Virus record (IMG/VR): IMGVR_UViG_3300006737_000020 | Coordinates: 1-64,000 of that record | DNA from: a virus | DNA length: 64,000 bases | Reading direction: 5' to 3' (one strand) | In this document: one piece after another, positions 30,201-38,243 of the stretch | How positions within the stretch are numbered: position 1 is the first letter of the stretch | Layout: each line of letters opens with the position of its first letter | Translations under genes and position numbers: made by a program | Notes under the pieces: model-generated | The model's database searches: none | The model's input: only the letters and a program-made list of their open reading frames with translations | Told to the model about the DNA's origin: nothing

Positions 30201-30788
30201 CTATTTTTGTTTTGCTAATACATTCAATACTCCGCTAATAACTTTTCCTCTAGAAGTTTCGTTAATTGGTTTGAATTGAGTATATGTAGCTATAACCTTA
30301 TTTAATTTATCTTTCTTAATTGAAAGATTATTTATATTAACATTTTCATGAATTAGTAATTTCATTATATTTACAATATGTTTCTTTTCTGATTCTGAAA
30401 TTGTTTGTTTTTTATCTTGTTTAACTTTTGTAACTTGGACTTTTGGTCCTTTTGTTTCTACTATTGGTTGTTTAGTAGTTTGTGATTTTATTTCTACAGT
30501 TACTTTTTTACTTGCCTGCACTTCAAAATCACTTTCCCATGGAGTAAAAAATGTATCTTCTGCAATTACTTCTAATTTAATATTACCTTTATTACTTTCA
30601 TCTATAAGGCCTTTTAATTTTTTAATTGGAACTTTACATTTACCATCTGATGTTATTGAACCATTAAACATTAAACTATAATCTGCAGTTTCTACAACTA
30701 GCCTTGCAATTGAATTAGAAAGGCTTGCACCTTCTATTTTAATATCACATTCAAATAATTCTGCTTTGTCTGTAAATAATTTATACAT
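30201..30788 (-). CDS. Hypothetical protein
   Basis: 195 aa, GGAG SD; LEVIAEDTFFTPWES motif. Confidence 0.75.
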   Translation of the reverse strand: MYKLFTDKAELFECDIKIEGASLSNSIARLVVETADYSLMFNGSITSDGKCKVPIKKLKGLIDESNKGNIKLEVIAEDTFFTPWESDFEVQASKKVTVEIKSQTTKQPIVETKGPKVQVTKVKQDKKQTISESEKKHIVNIMKLLIHENVNINNLSIKKDKLNKVIATYTQFKPINETSRGKVISGVLNVLAKQK

Positions 30789-30799
30789 TTATATTCTCC

Positions 30800-30955
30800 T
30801 TAATTTTTTGCCCATGGATATTTTTTATTTAACATTTCTCTGCGATCATCACAACCACAATCTTTTCCAGTCATTTTAGATATAGTCTTTACAGCTTTTT
30901 TTATACCAATTACTGATGTAATTTTATCTATACTATCTCCTAAACCTTTAGACAT
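30800..30955 (-). CDS. Small CGC-motif protein (51 aa)
   Basis: Not in the ORF track. Manual translation MSKGLGDSIDKITSVIGIKKAVKTISKMTGKDCGCDDRREMLNKKYPWAKN; fills the gap between two genes. Confidence 0.8.
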   Translation of the reverse strand: MSKGLGDSIDKITSVIGIKKAVKTISKMTGKDCGCDDRREMLNKKYPWAKN

Positions 30956-31277
30956 GAATATTCTCCACTTGCATTTGTATTTTGGCTTCTTTGATTATTG
31001 TTTTAATTTCTTCAATATGAACACTTATATCTTGAACTTCTTTGGATTCATCATATACTTCAATTCCTTTTCTATGCATAATTAATCGTATAAGTTTCTT
31101 TTTCTTTTCAGGTGCTAATGCTTCTACTGCTGGTTGGACTGTTCCACTTGCAACAGCTGTTTCTAATTCTAAAATTATCTCAAGAACAGAGTTCCAAGTA
31201 TATCTTGCTGCTTCATCAGTTGTAGGAGCTTTTTCCCACTTAAAATCTGCATTTTCCCATTTAATCTTGTTTGCCAT
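30948..31277 (-). CDS. Hypothetical protein
   Basis: 109 aa, class II motif at 31287-31295. Confidence 0.7.
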   Translation of the reverse strand: MANKIKWENADFKWEKAPTTDEAARYTWNSVLEIILELETAVASGTVQPAVEALAPEKKKKLIRLIMHRKGIEVYDESKEVQDISVHIEEIKTIIKEAKIQMQVENIHV

Positions 31278-31304
31278 TATCTTTAATATAAATATGTAAT
31301 AGAG

Positions 31305-31334
31305 TAAGAAAGGTGCCTAAAAAAGGCACCCTTC
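31305..31334 (-). terminator. Intrinsic terminator after the major capsid gene
   Basis: Coding strand GAAGGGTGCCT-loop-AGGCACCTTTC followed by TT. Confidence 0.75.
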
Positions 31335-31373
31335 AAACAATAAATCCTAATAAAATTAGTTATTTAACCAATA

Positions 31374-33056
31374 TTATATAGTATCCAATCCATCTACATG
31401 AATCTTACCATAGAATTCTGGTCTTACCATTTTCTTAGCATATCTAGTCATTACACCTTTTCTTGGAGTGAATGAAGCTGGATCATATACTAATGGAGTC
31501 ATGATAAGTGGAATGTATGGAGCATAAACTGCACCAGTTTCAAGGAATTGAGCTCCTCTATATCCCATAAGAATTGTATTCTCAGTCATGTATGGGTTTT
31601 TATAAACTTGGAATCTACTATTAATAGAACCAACTTTTTGTACACCCATTGCAAACTGCATTTTATCACCATCTGTATCAGCAGCATATCCAGGAATAGA
31701 TTCTAGGATAGTTGCAACAGTTGGAGAACATACTAGGAAGTTTGCACCACCTCTTAATGTTAACTGGTGAATTTTGTTACTTACTTTCTGGATTTTAGTT
31801 CCTAAAGTTTGGAACCAAGTACCTTGGTTGTAAGCTGCAGAATTTCCAGCTGTATTAGAGAATGTTGTCAACGTTGAATCATATTCAAAGCCTAATCTTG
31901 CTGACCAGAAGTCAGTAGTTTGAGCATTTTGCATTAACATATCTAATAATTCTAAATCAATTTCTTGCGAAACGTATTCAGATAACATAGAAGTTAATTC
32001 AGCCTCAGCATCAATTGAATGATAAGCATTCAAGTCTTGAGCAAATTCTGGAGTCCAGATTGCTTTTAACTTTCTTGTCTTAGCAACAATCGCCTCAGAT
32101 CTCATCTCTAGGTTGATTTCTGGAATAGCTAAAGCAGAATTAGATGCACCTGAATCTTGTGATTGATCTTCAAAGTCACCTCTTGAAGTATCACCAGGTT
32201 GCTTCTGGTAAGTAATTGTACCGTTCTCAACAGCTGCAGTTGCTACAGATGATTTAACTAAGAATGATACTTTTGGTGTAGCACTTGCTAGACCAGTATT
32301 TCCTGATACAGTAGTAAATTGAGGATAATAAGTCTCAATTCCTGAACCTGAAATTTGGAATGCTCTAACACCATTTGCATCAGCTAAATCAGAAGCTGCA
32401 AATGTAAAGTCTACAGTTGTTAATTGACCGATTCCAACAGATGCAGCAGCTAATGAAGCAGAAAATTCTGAATCATGATTAGTTCTTTGCTCAAAAGTTG
32501 TTTGAGTAAATGCTGAACCTGTTACAATGTTAGTACCAACAACACCAGTTGCAGTTACTTTGTTTCCTAATGATGTTTCGTTAACTGAATAACCAAATCT
32601 ACCTGCGCCATAAAGACCTTCAGTAGCTACGGTTGATCCTAACGTATCATCAGTTACACCGAATACAGAATCGTTTTGTGAATCTTTACCAGAGTTTGTA
32701 GTAAATCCTGGTTGGTTGGTCCCATACTTGAAATCAAGGAAGAATACTAGACCAGAAGGTAAGTTCATTGGTTGTACACTTACAAAATCTTTAGCAGCAA
32801 TCTCAGCAAAAATTCTTCTTACCAATGGTAATGCTACACCTGACCACTCTTCTGAGTTTGCAGATGTACCTGTAGAATTTGCTTCTGATACTAATTGTTT
32901 TGCTTGGTTTTCCAATAGAACTGCCATTCCTGACTTTTCATATTCTTTACCTAAACCTTCAAGAAGACCAGTTCTTTCCCATTTTCTAACCAAACCTGCT
33001 GTAGCAGCTTTTGATTTAGCAACGGAATCATTTGGCATTAATGAATTTATATCCAT
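31374..33056 (-). CDS. gp23: Major capsid protein (gp23-like)
   Basis: LLENQ, VSVQPMNLPSGLVF, AKTRKLKAIWTPEFAQDLNAYH, YAPYIPL, FTPRKGVMTRYA. Confidence 0.97.
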   Translation of the reverse strand: MDINSLMPNDSVAKSKAATAGLVRKWERTGLLEGLGKEYEKSGMAVLLENQAKQLVSEANSTGTSANSEEWSGVALPLVRRIFAEIAAKDFVSVQPMNLPSGLVFFLDFKYGTNQPGFTTNSGKDSQNDSVFGVTDDTLGSTVATEGLYGAGRFGYSVNETSLGNKVTATGVVGTNIVTGSAFTQTTFEQRTNHDSEFSASLAAASVGIGQLTTVDFTFAASDLADANGVRAFQISGSGIETYYPQFTTVSGNTGLASATPKVSFLVKSSVATAAVENGTITYQKQPGDTSRGDFEDQSQDSGASNSALAIPEINLEMRSEAIVAKTRKLKAIWTPEFAQDLNAYHSIDAEAELTSMLSEYVSQEIDLELLDMLMQNAQTTDFWSARLGFEYDSTLTTFSNTAGNSAAYNQGTWFQTLGTKIQKVSNKIHQLTLRGGANFLVCSPTVATILESIPGYAADTDGDKMQFAMGVQKVGSINSRFQVYKNPYMTENTILMGYRGAQFLETGAVYAPYIPLIMTPLVYDPASFTPRKGVMTRYAKKMVRPEFYGKIHVDGLDTI

Positions 33057-33076
33057 TTTTTAATCTCCTTTTAATA

Positions 33077-34126
33077 TTAAAGTAATCCAGCTAACTTCTT
33101 AAATCTATTAGCAACATCATTTCCTTCTGAAAGGACTTTCTTTGATGGTCTTGTAGATCTCGAAGGCTTACTAGCATACGATTCTTTAATGGTTTTTACT
33201 TTTCTTTTACCACCCAATTTGAATGACTCAGTCAATGTAGCAAATACTAACTTAACTTCTCTCAATGTTTGAGCTCTGTCAAAGTTTTCAATTACTTTCA
33301 TTTTCTGACCTTCATTCAATGAATGATTTCTAAATAATTTGTTCGAGAATAATAGTTTAGCATTTAGCAAGTTAACTTCATTCAACTTAGACTTCATAAA
33401 TCTGATTACTTTGTAAGCTTCTTCAAGGTCTTTTGCTGCATCACCATCATCAACACCTGCTGTGTCGTTTTCTTCTACTGGTTCTGCTTCATCGCCTTCT
33501 TCTTCTCTCAAAGCATTAATGATTTCGTCAAGGTCAACTTCTTCTTCTTCAGTAACTTCTTCTTTGTCGTCACCTTCGTTTTCTTTAAGTTTTCCTTTGC
33601 CTGGGTCTTCTTCATCTGAGGATGATGCTTGTTTCATACTAGTTCCTTTACCAATACCAGTTGAACCAGACTGTTCTTCAACAGTTTCTTCTTCATCTTC
33701 ACCTTCTGTTACAGCTTCTTCATCTTCACCTTCAAGCTCTCGTAAGATTGCTTCTAGTTCTAAATCTTCTGCTTCAGAATGCATATCGGTTGGATCTTCG
33801 TCATCTTCGCGCATACCTTCATCAGTTTCTTCCCCTCTCATTCCTTCTTCTGCCATTTCGTCGTCAGCCATTTCTTCTTCCATTTCTGGAGCTGGTGCCT
33901 CAACTGGTGCTTCCATTTCTGGTTCAGCAGCAACTGGTTCATCCATTGGCATTTCGTCTTCCATAGCCATTTCATCTTCCATACCTTCTTCTTCAGAAAG
34001 TTTAGCAGACAACATGCTTTGAAGTCTTGGAGTAAAAGCTTCTTCTAATGCTATTTTAGCGTTTGCTAATGCTGTTTCTCGTACCGCTTTCGCGTCAGCA
34101 ATAGCTTCTTTCAATAAATTGTTCAT
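33077..34126 (-). CDS. Prohead core scaffold protein (gp22-like)
   Basis: Extremely Glu-rich, immediately upstream of the capsid gene; LNEVNLLNAKLL, RFKKLAGL C-terminus, many (I/L)xE sites. Confidence 0.8.
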   Translation of the reverse strand: MNNLLKEAIADAKAVRETALANAKIALEEAFTPRLQSMLSAKLSEEEGMEDEMAMEDEMPMDEPVAAEPEMEAPVEAPAPEMEEEMADDEMAEEGMRGEETDEGMREDDEDPTDMHSEAEDLELEAILRELEGEDEEAVTEGEDEEETVEEQSGSTGIGKGTSMKQASSSDEEDPGKGKLKENEGDDKEEVTEEEEVDLDEIINALREEEGDEAEPVEENDTAGVDDGDAAKDLEEAYKVIRFMKSKLNEVNLLNAKLLFSNKLFRNHSLNEGQKMKVIENFDRAQTLREVKLVFATLTESFKLGGKRKVKTIKESYASKPSRSTRPSKKVLSEGNDVANRFKKLAGLL

Positions 34127-34159
34127 TTATCTCTCTCCTTTAATAAATTTGTTCGGAAA

Positions 34160-34253
34160 TAAGACTATTAAGAGTCTCAATGTGAATTGTTATAAAAATA
34201 TTCAGGGACGGTGATATTGAAGCACCGTATATACTTGTTACAATTATAAATAT
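34160..34253 (-). promoter_or_regulatory. Class II motif plus structured 5' leader of the scaffold-capsid operon
   Basis: ATATTTATA at 34245-34253; hairpins at 34208-34228 (ACGGTG/CACCGT) and 34160-34179. Confidence 0.55.
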
Positions 34254-34329
34254 ATACAGTTATTGAAAAACCTACTTTTTTTCAAGAAAATTTTTAGCTT
34301 AAATAAAAATAATAAAGTATAGATAAAAT

Positions 34330-34590
34330 TTACCTATCTTCTTTGGAATTAATTTGTTGAAAATATTTTGCATTATCCATTTGTTCACGCCTTCTATCGG
34401 ATTTTTTTCTAAAATATCTTCTATCTCTTAACTCTTGCAATGTTCCTGCATCTTTAAGAGCTCTTTTCCAAAATCGAATTGCAAATCCAATATCTCCTTG
34501 ATCTTTAGGATTTTTTGGATTTTTTACTACGGCTGCGCCCAGAGCATGTCCTGGTAAATGCGATTGCCAAATTTTATGTTTCTTATTCAT
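34330..34590 (-). CDS. rpsU: Phage-encoded ribosomal protein bS21
   Basis: DIGFAIRFWKRALKDAGTLQELRDRRYFRKKSDRRR matches the bS21 core; C-terminal AKYFQ resembles the Bacteroidota A-x-Y-x-Q segment. Confidence 0.88.
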   Translation of the reverse strand: MNKKHKIWQSHLPGHALGAAVVKNPKNPKDQGDIGFAIRFWKRALKDAGTLQELRDRRYFRKKSDRRREQMDNAKYFQQINSKEDR

Positions 34591-34617
34591 GTAATTTATT
34601 TTACGTTATAACTATTA

Positions 34618-34649
34618 TTAATATAAAGAATATATTTCAATTTACCAAA
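34618..34649 (-). promoter_or_regulatory. Class I promoter of bS21
   Basis: TTTG-N20-TATATTAA on the coding strand. Confidence 0.72.
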
Positions 34650-34652
34650 TGA

Positions 34653-35174
34653 TTATTTGTTTTTCTTTTGGCTAATTGCAGTTTTCATTGGCTCATCAGT
34701 ATTACCATCTTTATCCATATCTAGATAATCAGGTTTTGCATCATCTTCCTCTCTCAATGCTTCATTTATCTTATAATACTTATTTATTGTAGTACCCATA
34801 TCTTCATATGCAGATTCTAACCTTTGTTGTAACGTCTGAACTTCATTAGCTGTTTTTGAAAATACTTTATATGCTTCTTTCAATTGTTTCATATGACGAG
34901 TTGTAGTAACATTATCAAACCAATGTTCTGATTCTTGTAATGTAAGAGCTTCTGCTACCTTTACTATATTACCCAATTCTTCTGTAATTTCTCTTAATGA
35001 ATGATTTCTATATATAGACTCACCCATTGTATGATAATTACCAACTGCTTCAGTGAAAGATTTTTTTTGTTCTGATGTTATACCAGTTTCTTCTTCTTCG
35101 CCAAAGTTTTCCATAATGTATTTTGATTTTTTCATTATAGTTTTTAATAGTGCATTTTCGTATTTATTTGCCAT
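34653..35174 (-). CDS. Head-module hypothetical protein
   Basis: 173 aa; helical, ends KPDYLDMDKDGNTDEPMK (DxDxDG-like). Confidence 0.75.
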   Translation of the reverse strand: MANKYENALLKTIMKKSKYIMENFGEEEETGITSEQKKSFTEAVGNYHTMGESIYRNHSLREITEELGNIVKVAEALTLQESEHWFDNVTTTRHMKQLKEAYKVFSKTANEVQTLQQRLESAYEDMGTTINKYYKINEALREEDDAKPDYLDMDKDGNTDEPMKTAISQKKNK

Positions 35175-35175
35175 T

Positions 35176-35592
35176 TTATAGTCCCTTACCTTTTTGTCTT
35201 TCTAAATATTTTTGAAGTCCTTCTAATTGTTTTTCAGATCCCATAATATATCTAGATAATTGTTTTTCCATAGTTTCATATTCATAGTTACCTGATTCAT
35301 CACCTCTCATTTCAATATCTGTTCCTAAATCTTGATGAAAGTCTCTTACAGCATCCATTAACTTATTAAGTTGATCTGAATAATATTCAATATCTAATGG
35401 TTCTTGTTCTTGACCTGTTGCTCCTGCACCTGGTTCTAATGCTGCCTTTCTTTCTGCATCTGTTTTCATTTTAGGAAATGCTTGAACCATTGGCGCTTCA
35501 TTTAATAAAGAATCTTCCATTTTTAAATTATTTGCCTTTGCAAAATCTGCTCTTCCTTCAAATAATCTTTGATATTGTTTTTTCAAATTCAT
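35176..35592 (-). CDS. Head-module hypothetical protein, candidate internal protein
   Basis: MNLKKQYQRLFEG...LLNE leader; GGAG SD. Confidence 0.7.
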   Translation of the reverse strand: MNLKKQYQRLFEGRADFAKANNLKMEDSLLNEAPMVQAFPKMKTDAERKAALEPGAGATGQEQEPLDIEYYSDQLNKLMDAVRDFHQDLGTDIEMRGDESGNYEYETMEKQLSRYIMGSEKQLEGLQKYLERQKGKGL

Positions 35593-35593
35593 T

Positions 35594-35854
35594 TTAAAAC
35601 TCCACGCTATCTATATATAATGTAGGTCTTCCTCCAGTCATACCAAATTTTGATCCATCTTTTACACCTTCTAATCCTACATTCTTTTTACCTTCAAATG
35701 CCATTGGATCTTTTTTTGTAGTTACTGAATACTTAGATGCATTTTCTGCTCCTAAAACTTCAAGTCCACCATTCTTCTTTCCTTCGCCTGCTAATACATC
35801 AGCATTCTTTTGAGTGGCAGTTGGTCCATATTGTGATTGCATATCTTTTAACAT
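35594..35854 (-). CDS. Small protein with an internal tandem repeat
   Basis: A.EGKKN.GLE......SK occurs twice; GGAG SD. Confidence 0.7.
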   Translation of the reverse strand: MLKDMQSQYGPTATQKNADVLAGEGKKNGGLEVLGAENASKYSVTTKKDPMAFEGKKNVGLEGVKDGSKFGMTGGRPTLYIDSVEF

Positions 35855-35855
35855 A

Positions 35856-36461
35856 TTAGTACTCCTTAATTATATCAGTTATTAATTTATTTACATTTGC
35901 ATATTTATCAAATTGTTTTTTTGATTTTCCTTCATTTACTGGAGATAAAAATGCTCCATGAGTTGATGGATTTGAAACAAAGTCAAATGCAATTAGTTCA
36001 AAATCAGGCTGAACTTCTAATGTATCATCACCTTCTCTCATTACTTCTTTTACAGATCCCATACCTCTTGATGATATACCTAATCTAATACCTGATTTGA
36101 ATAGTTCTTTTAAAATGTTACCTGCAGGAGTACCTAATACTTCTACAGTTCCAACTAAATCATCACCTTGCCAATTCATACCTAAAACGTTATGACTTAC
36201 ATTATTTAAATTAACTACAGATGAATCTGGATGATCTAATTCTCCAAGAGCTCTCTTTTCTTTAATAAATCCTTCAGCATATTTATTTGCTTCTCTCATT
36301 AAAGTTTCTTTTGGATATATTCTTCCATTTTGATTCTTTGATTCAGCTCTTTGCAGAACTCCAGAAACAATTAATTTTCCGCCATTTTTAGATAGACTTT
36401 CATTAATTTGTTGAGGAGTTATCTCAAATGTTTGATAATTAACTAATAATTGCTTTGCCAT
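35856..36461 (-). CDS. gp21: Prohead protease (gp21-like)
   Basis: NQNGRIYP, ALGELDHP, VSH, GISSRGMGS, DFVSNPST. Confidence 0.95.
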   Translation of the reverse strand: MAKQLLVNYQTFEITPQQINESLSKNGGKLIVSGVLQRAESKNQNGRIYPKETLMREANKYAEGFIKEKRALGELDHPDSSVVNLNNVSHNVLGMNWQGDDLVGTVEVLGTPAGNILKELFKSGIRLGISSRGMGSVKEVMREGDDTLEVQPDFELIAFDFVSNPSTHGAFLSPVNEGKSKKQFDKYANVNKLITDIIKEY

Positions 36462-36471
36462 TTTTGATCTC

Positions 36472-36996
36472 CTATTGTGATAATTCTTTTAATCGATTTG
36501 CAATCCTTGTCATTCTCTCATTTATCTTTGCAAATCTATTTCCGGTTGATTTCCAAAAATGATTTGAATTCACACCCATTTCTGTTTTTAACCTTATATT
36601 ATTATTTACGATCTTTTCCATTAACCCTAACATTTTATTAACTTCAGCTATTCCTCTATTAACTTTTTGTTGTGGTGTCGATGTTGGATCTTTTTTATAT
36701 TCTCTATATGATGATTCATTCATTAAACCTGAACTCATTGTCATCTTCATCATTTTTTTATATATTGAGTCTTTAACTAGTTCAAACTCTGTTGCAGTTG
36801 TTGCATTATCTTTTTGTTTCTTTTTACCTTTTTTATCATTTTTATGAAATGCATATGGAGTTTTTGGAGGACCTTCTCCGCCATCCATATTACCAGTTAC
36901 ATTTGCTTCTCCCAATTCATCCTCATTGTGTTGATATTGGATTTCATCTTCTTCTGCTTCCTTAAGGTATTTTTTAAATTTATCTAAATAATCCAT
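36472..36996 (-). CDS. Head-module hypothetical protein
   Basis: 174 aa; YLKE leader, EANVTG...TPYAF motif. Confidence 0.72.
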   Translation of the reverse strand: MDYLDKFKKYLKEAEEDEIQYQHNEDELGEANVTGNMDGGEGPPKTPYAFHKNDKKGKKKQKDNATTATEFELVKDSIYKKMMKMTMSSGLMNESSYREYKKDPTSTPQQKVNRGIAEVNKMLGLMEKIVNNNIRLKTEMGVNSNHFWKSTGNRFAKINERMTRIANRLKELSQ

Positions 36997-36999
36997 ATC

Positions 37000-37314
37000 T
37001 TATTTCCTCAATAAATAAATTTCTGCAGAACTTGCTGCTGTTATATGTGATACTGTAAAGTTATATATTTCCTTTGTAGTTAATTTACTTGCTGCAATTG
37101 AACCTCCTCCTGGAAAATGTAATACTGCACTACCATGAGTTACAACCATAACTCCATTCCATCTTGCAGCACTTGAACCAGTATAATATGTTGCACCATC
37201 TGCAACTGTTGTTACTGCATGATAGCCGCCTAAATGTCCGCTTACATTATATAAACTTCCTGAATCTGGATAAGAATTAAACCAGGTTTCTCTTTGTGAT
37301 GGATTAGCGCTCAT
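37000..37314 (-). CDS. Hypothetical virion protein
   Basis: 104 aa, coupled (TAATG), GGAG SD. Confidence 0.65.
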   Translation of the reverse strand: MSANPSQRETWFNSYPDSGSLYNVSGHLGGYHAVTTVADGATYYTGSSAARWNGVMVVTHGSAVLHFPGGGSIAASKLTTKEIYNFTVSHITAASSAEIYLLRK

Positions 37315-38186
37315 TATTTAGTCTCCACATTTTTAAGTTCTTTAATCAATTCATAATAACGTAACATTGTTAATACATCTTTATCTTTAACGGCTGATGA
37401 ATTTTTTAACTCTGTTAACATATTATTAACTTCATTCAATTTTATTTTAACTACTTTTGATCCTACTCTAGCAGATGCTCGTTTTAATTCTTTTTGGACA
37501 ACTGGAATTTCTTTTTGAATAAATTCTTTTAACGCAACAGTATTTGTTACATTATTAATATATTCTCTCAAAATATTTTTTTGTCGTTGATTAAGTCCAT
37601 TATATTTATCATTAAACTTATCAATTAACATTTTATAAGATAACAATCTAACATCCTTTGGTTGAACTGAATATGTTTCTTTTATAACATTTCCTTTCTT
37701 TACTTTAACTGGATTGTTGATTGTATTTCTTAATACATGTTCTACCAATGTAGCTTTTGATCTTACTATCTGAGCAGGATTGTCAACTTCTGCATATTCA
37801 AATAATTTATATGCCGCGGCCATTATATTATAATTTGATACTCTTGCTTTGAAAAAGTTATCTACTATAAATTGGTCATTGATTTCTTTTATTAAATTAT
37901 ATTTTTGTCTTCTCAATGCTGTTTGATTTAAAGACTTTTTTGCAGTTATACATGCTTGTAAAAATTTTTGAGCACTATTTTCTGTCTTAAACTCTTCTTC
38001 TTGAATAGTTCTATATAATTGTAATTCTTTTCCTAATTCAGTACCGGCCTTGAAATGCCTCTTGATAATCGGTAATGCTTTTGTCTTACGTCCTTGCATT
38101 GTATCTGCAGCGACTTGACGTACGAGCATCTCGAAAAGAATCCCGGTATTTTTATACTTTGAATGCTTTATTTTTTTCATTGACAT
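37314..38186 (-). CDS. Head-module hypothetical protein
   Basis: 290 aa; KHSKYKNTGILFE N-terminus; directly after the portal. Confidence 0.78.
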   Translation of the reverse strand: MSMKKIKHSKYKNTGILFEMLVRQVAADTMQGRKTKALPIIKRHFKAGTELGKELQLYRTIQEEEFKTENSAQKFLQACITAKKSLNQTALRRQKYNLIKEINDQFIVDNFFKARVSNYNIMAAAYKLFEYAEVDNPAQIVRSKATLVEHVLRNTINNPVKVKKGNVIKETYSVQPKDVRLLSYKMLIDKFNDKYNGLNQRQKNILREYINNVTNTVALKEFIQKEIPVVQKELKRASARVGSKVVKIKLNEVNNMLTELKNSSAVKDKDVLTMLRYYELIKELKNVETK

Positions 38187-38243
38187 ATCGTCCCGTTTAT
38201 TTGCTATCTATTTTTAAATAAATATAGACTAAATTAACTTTCA

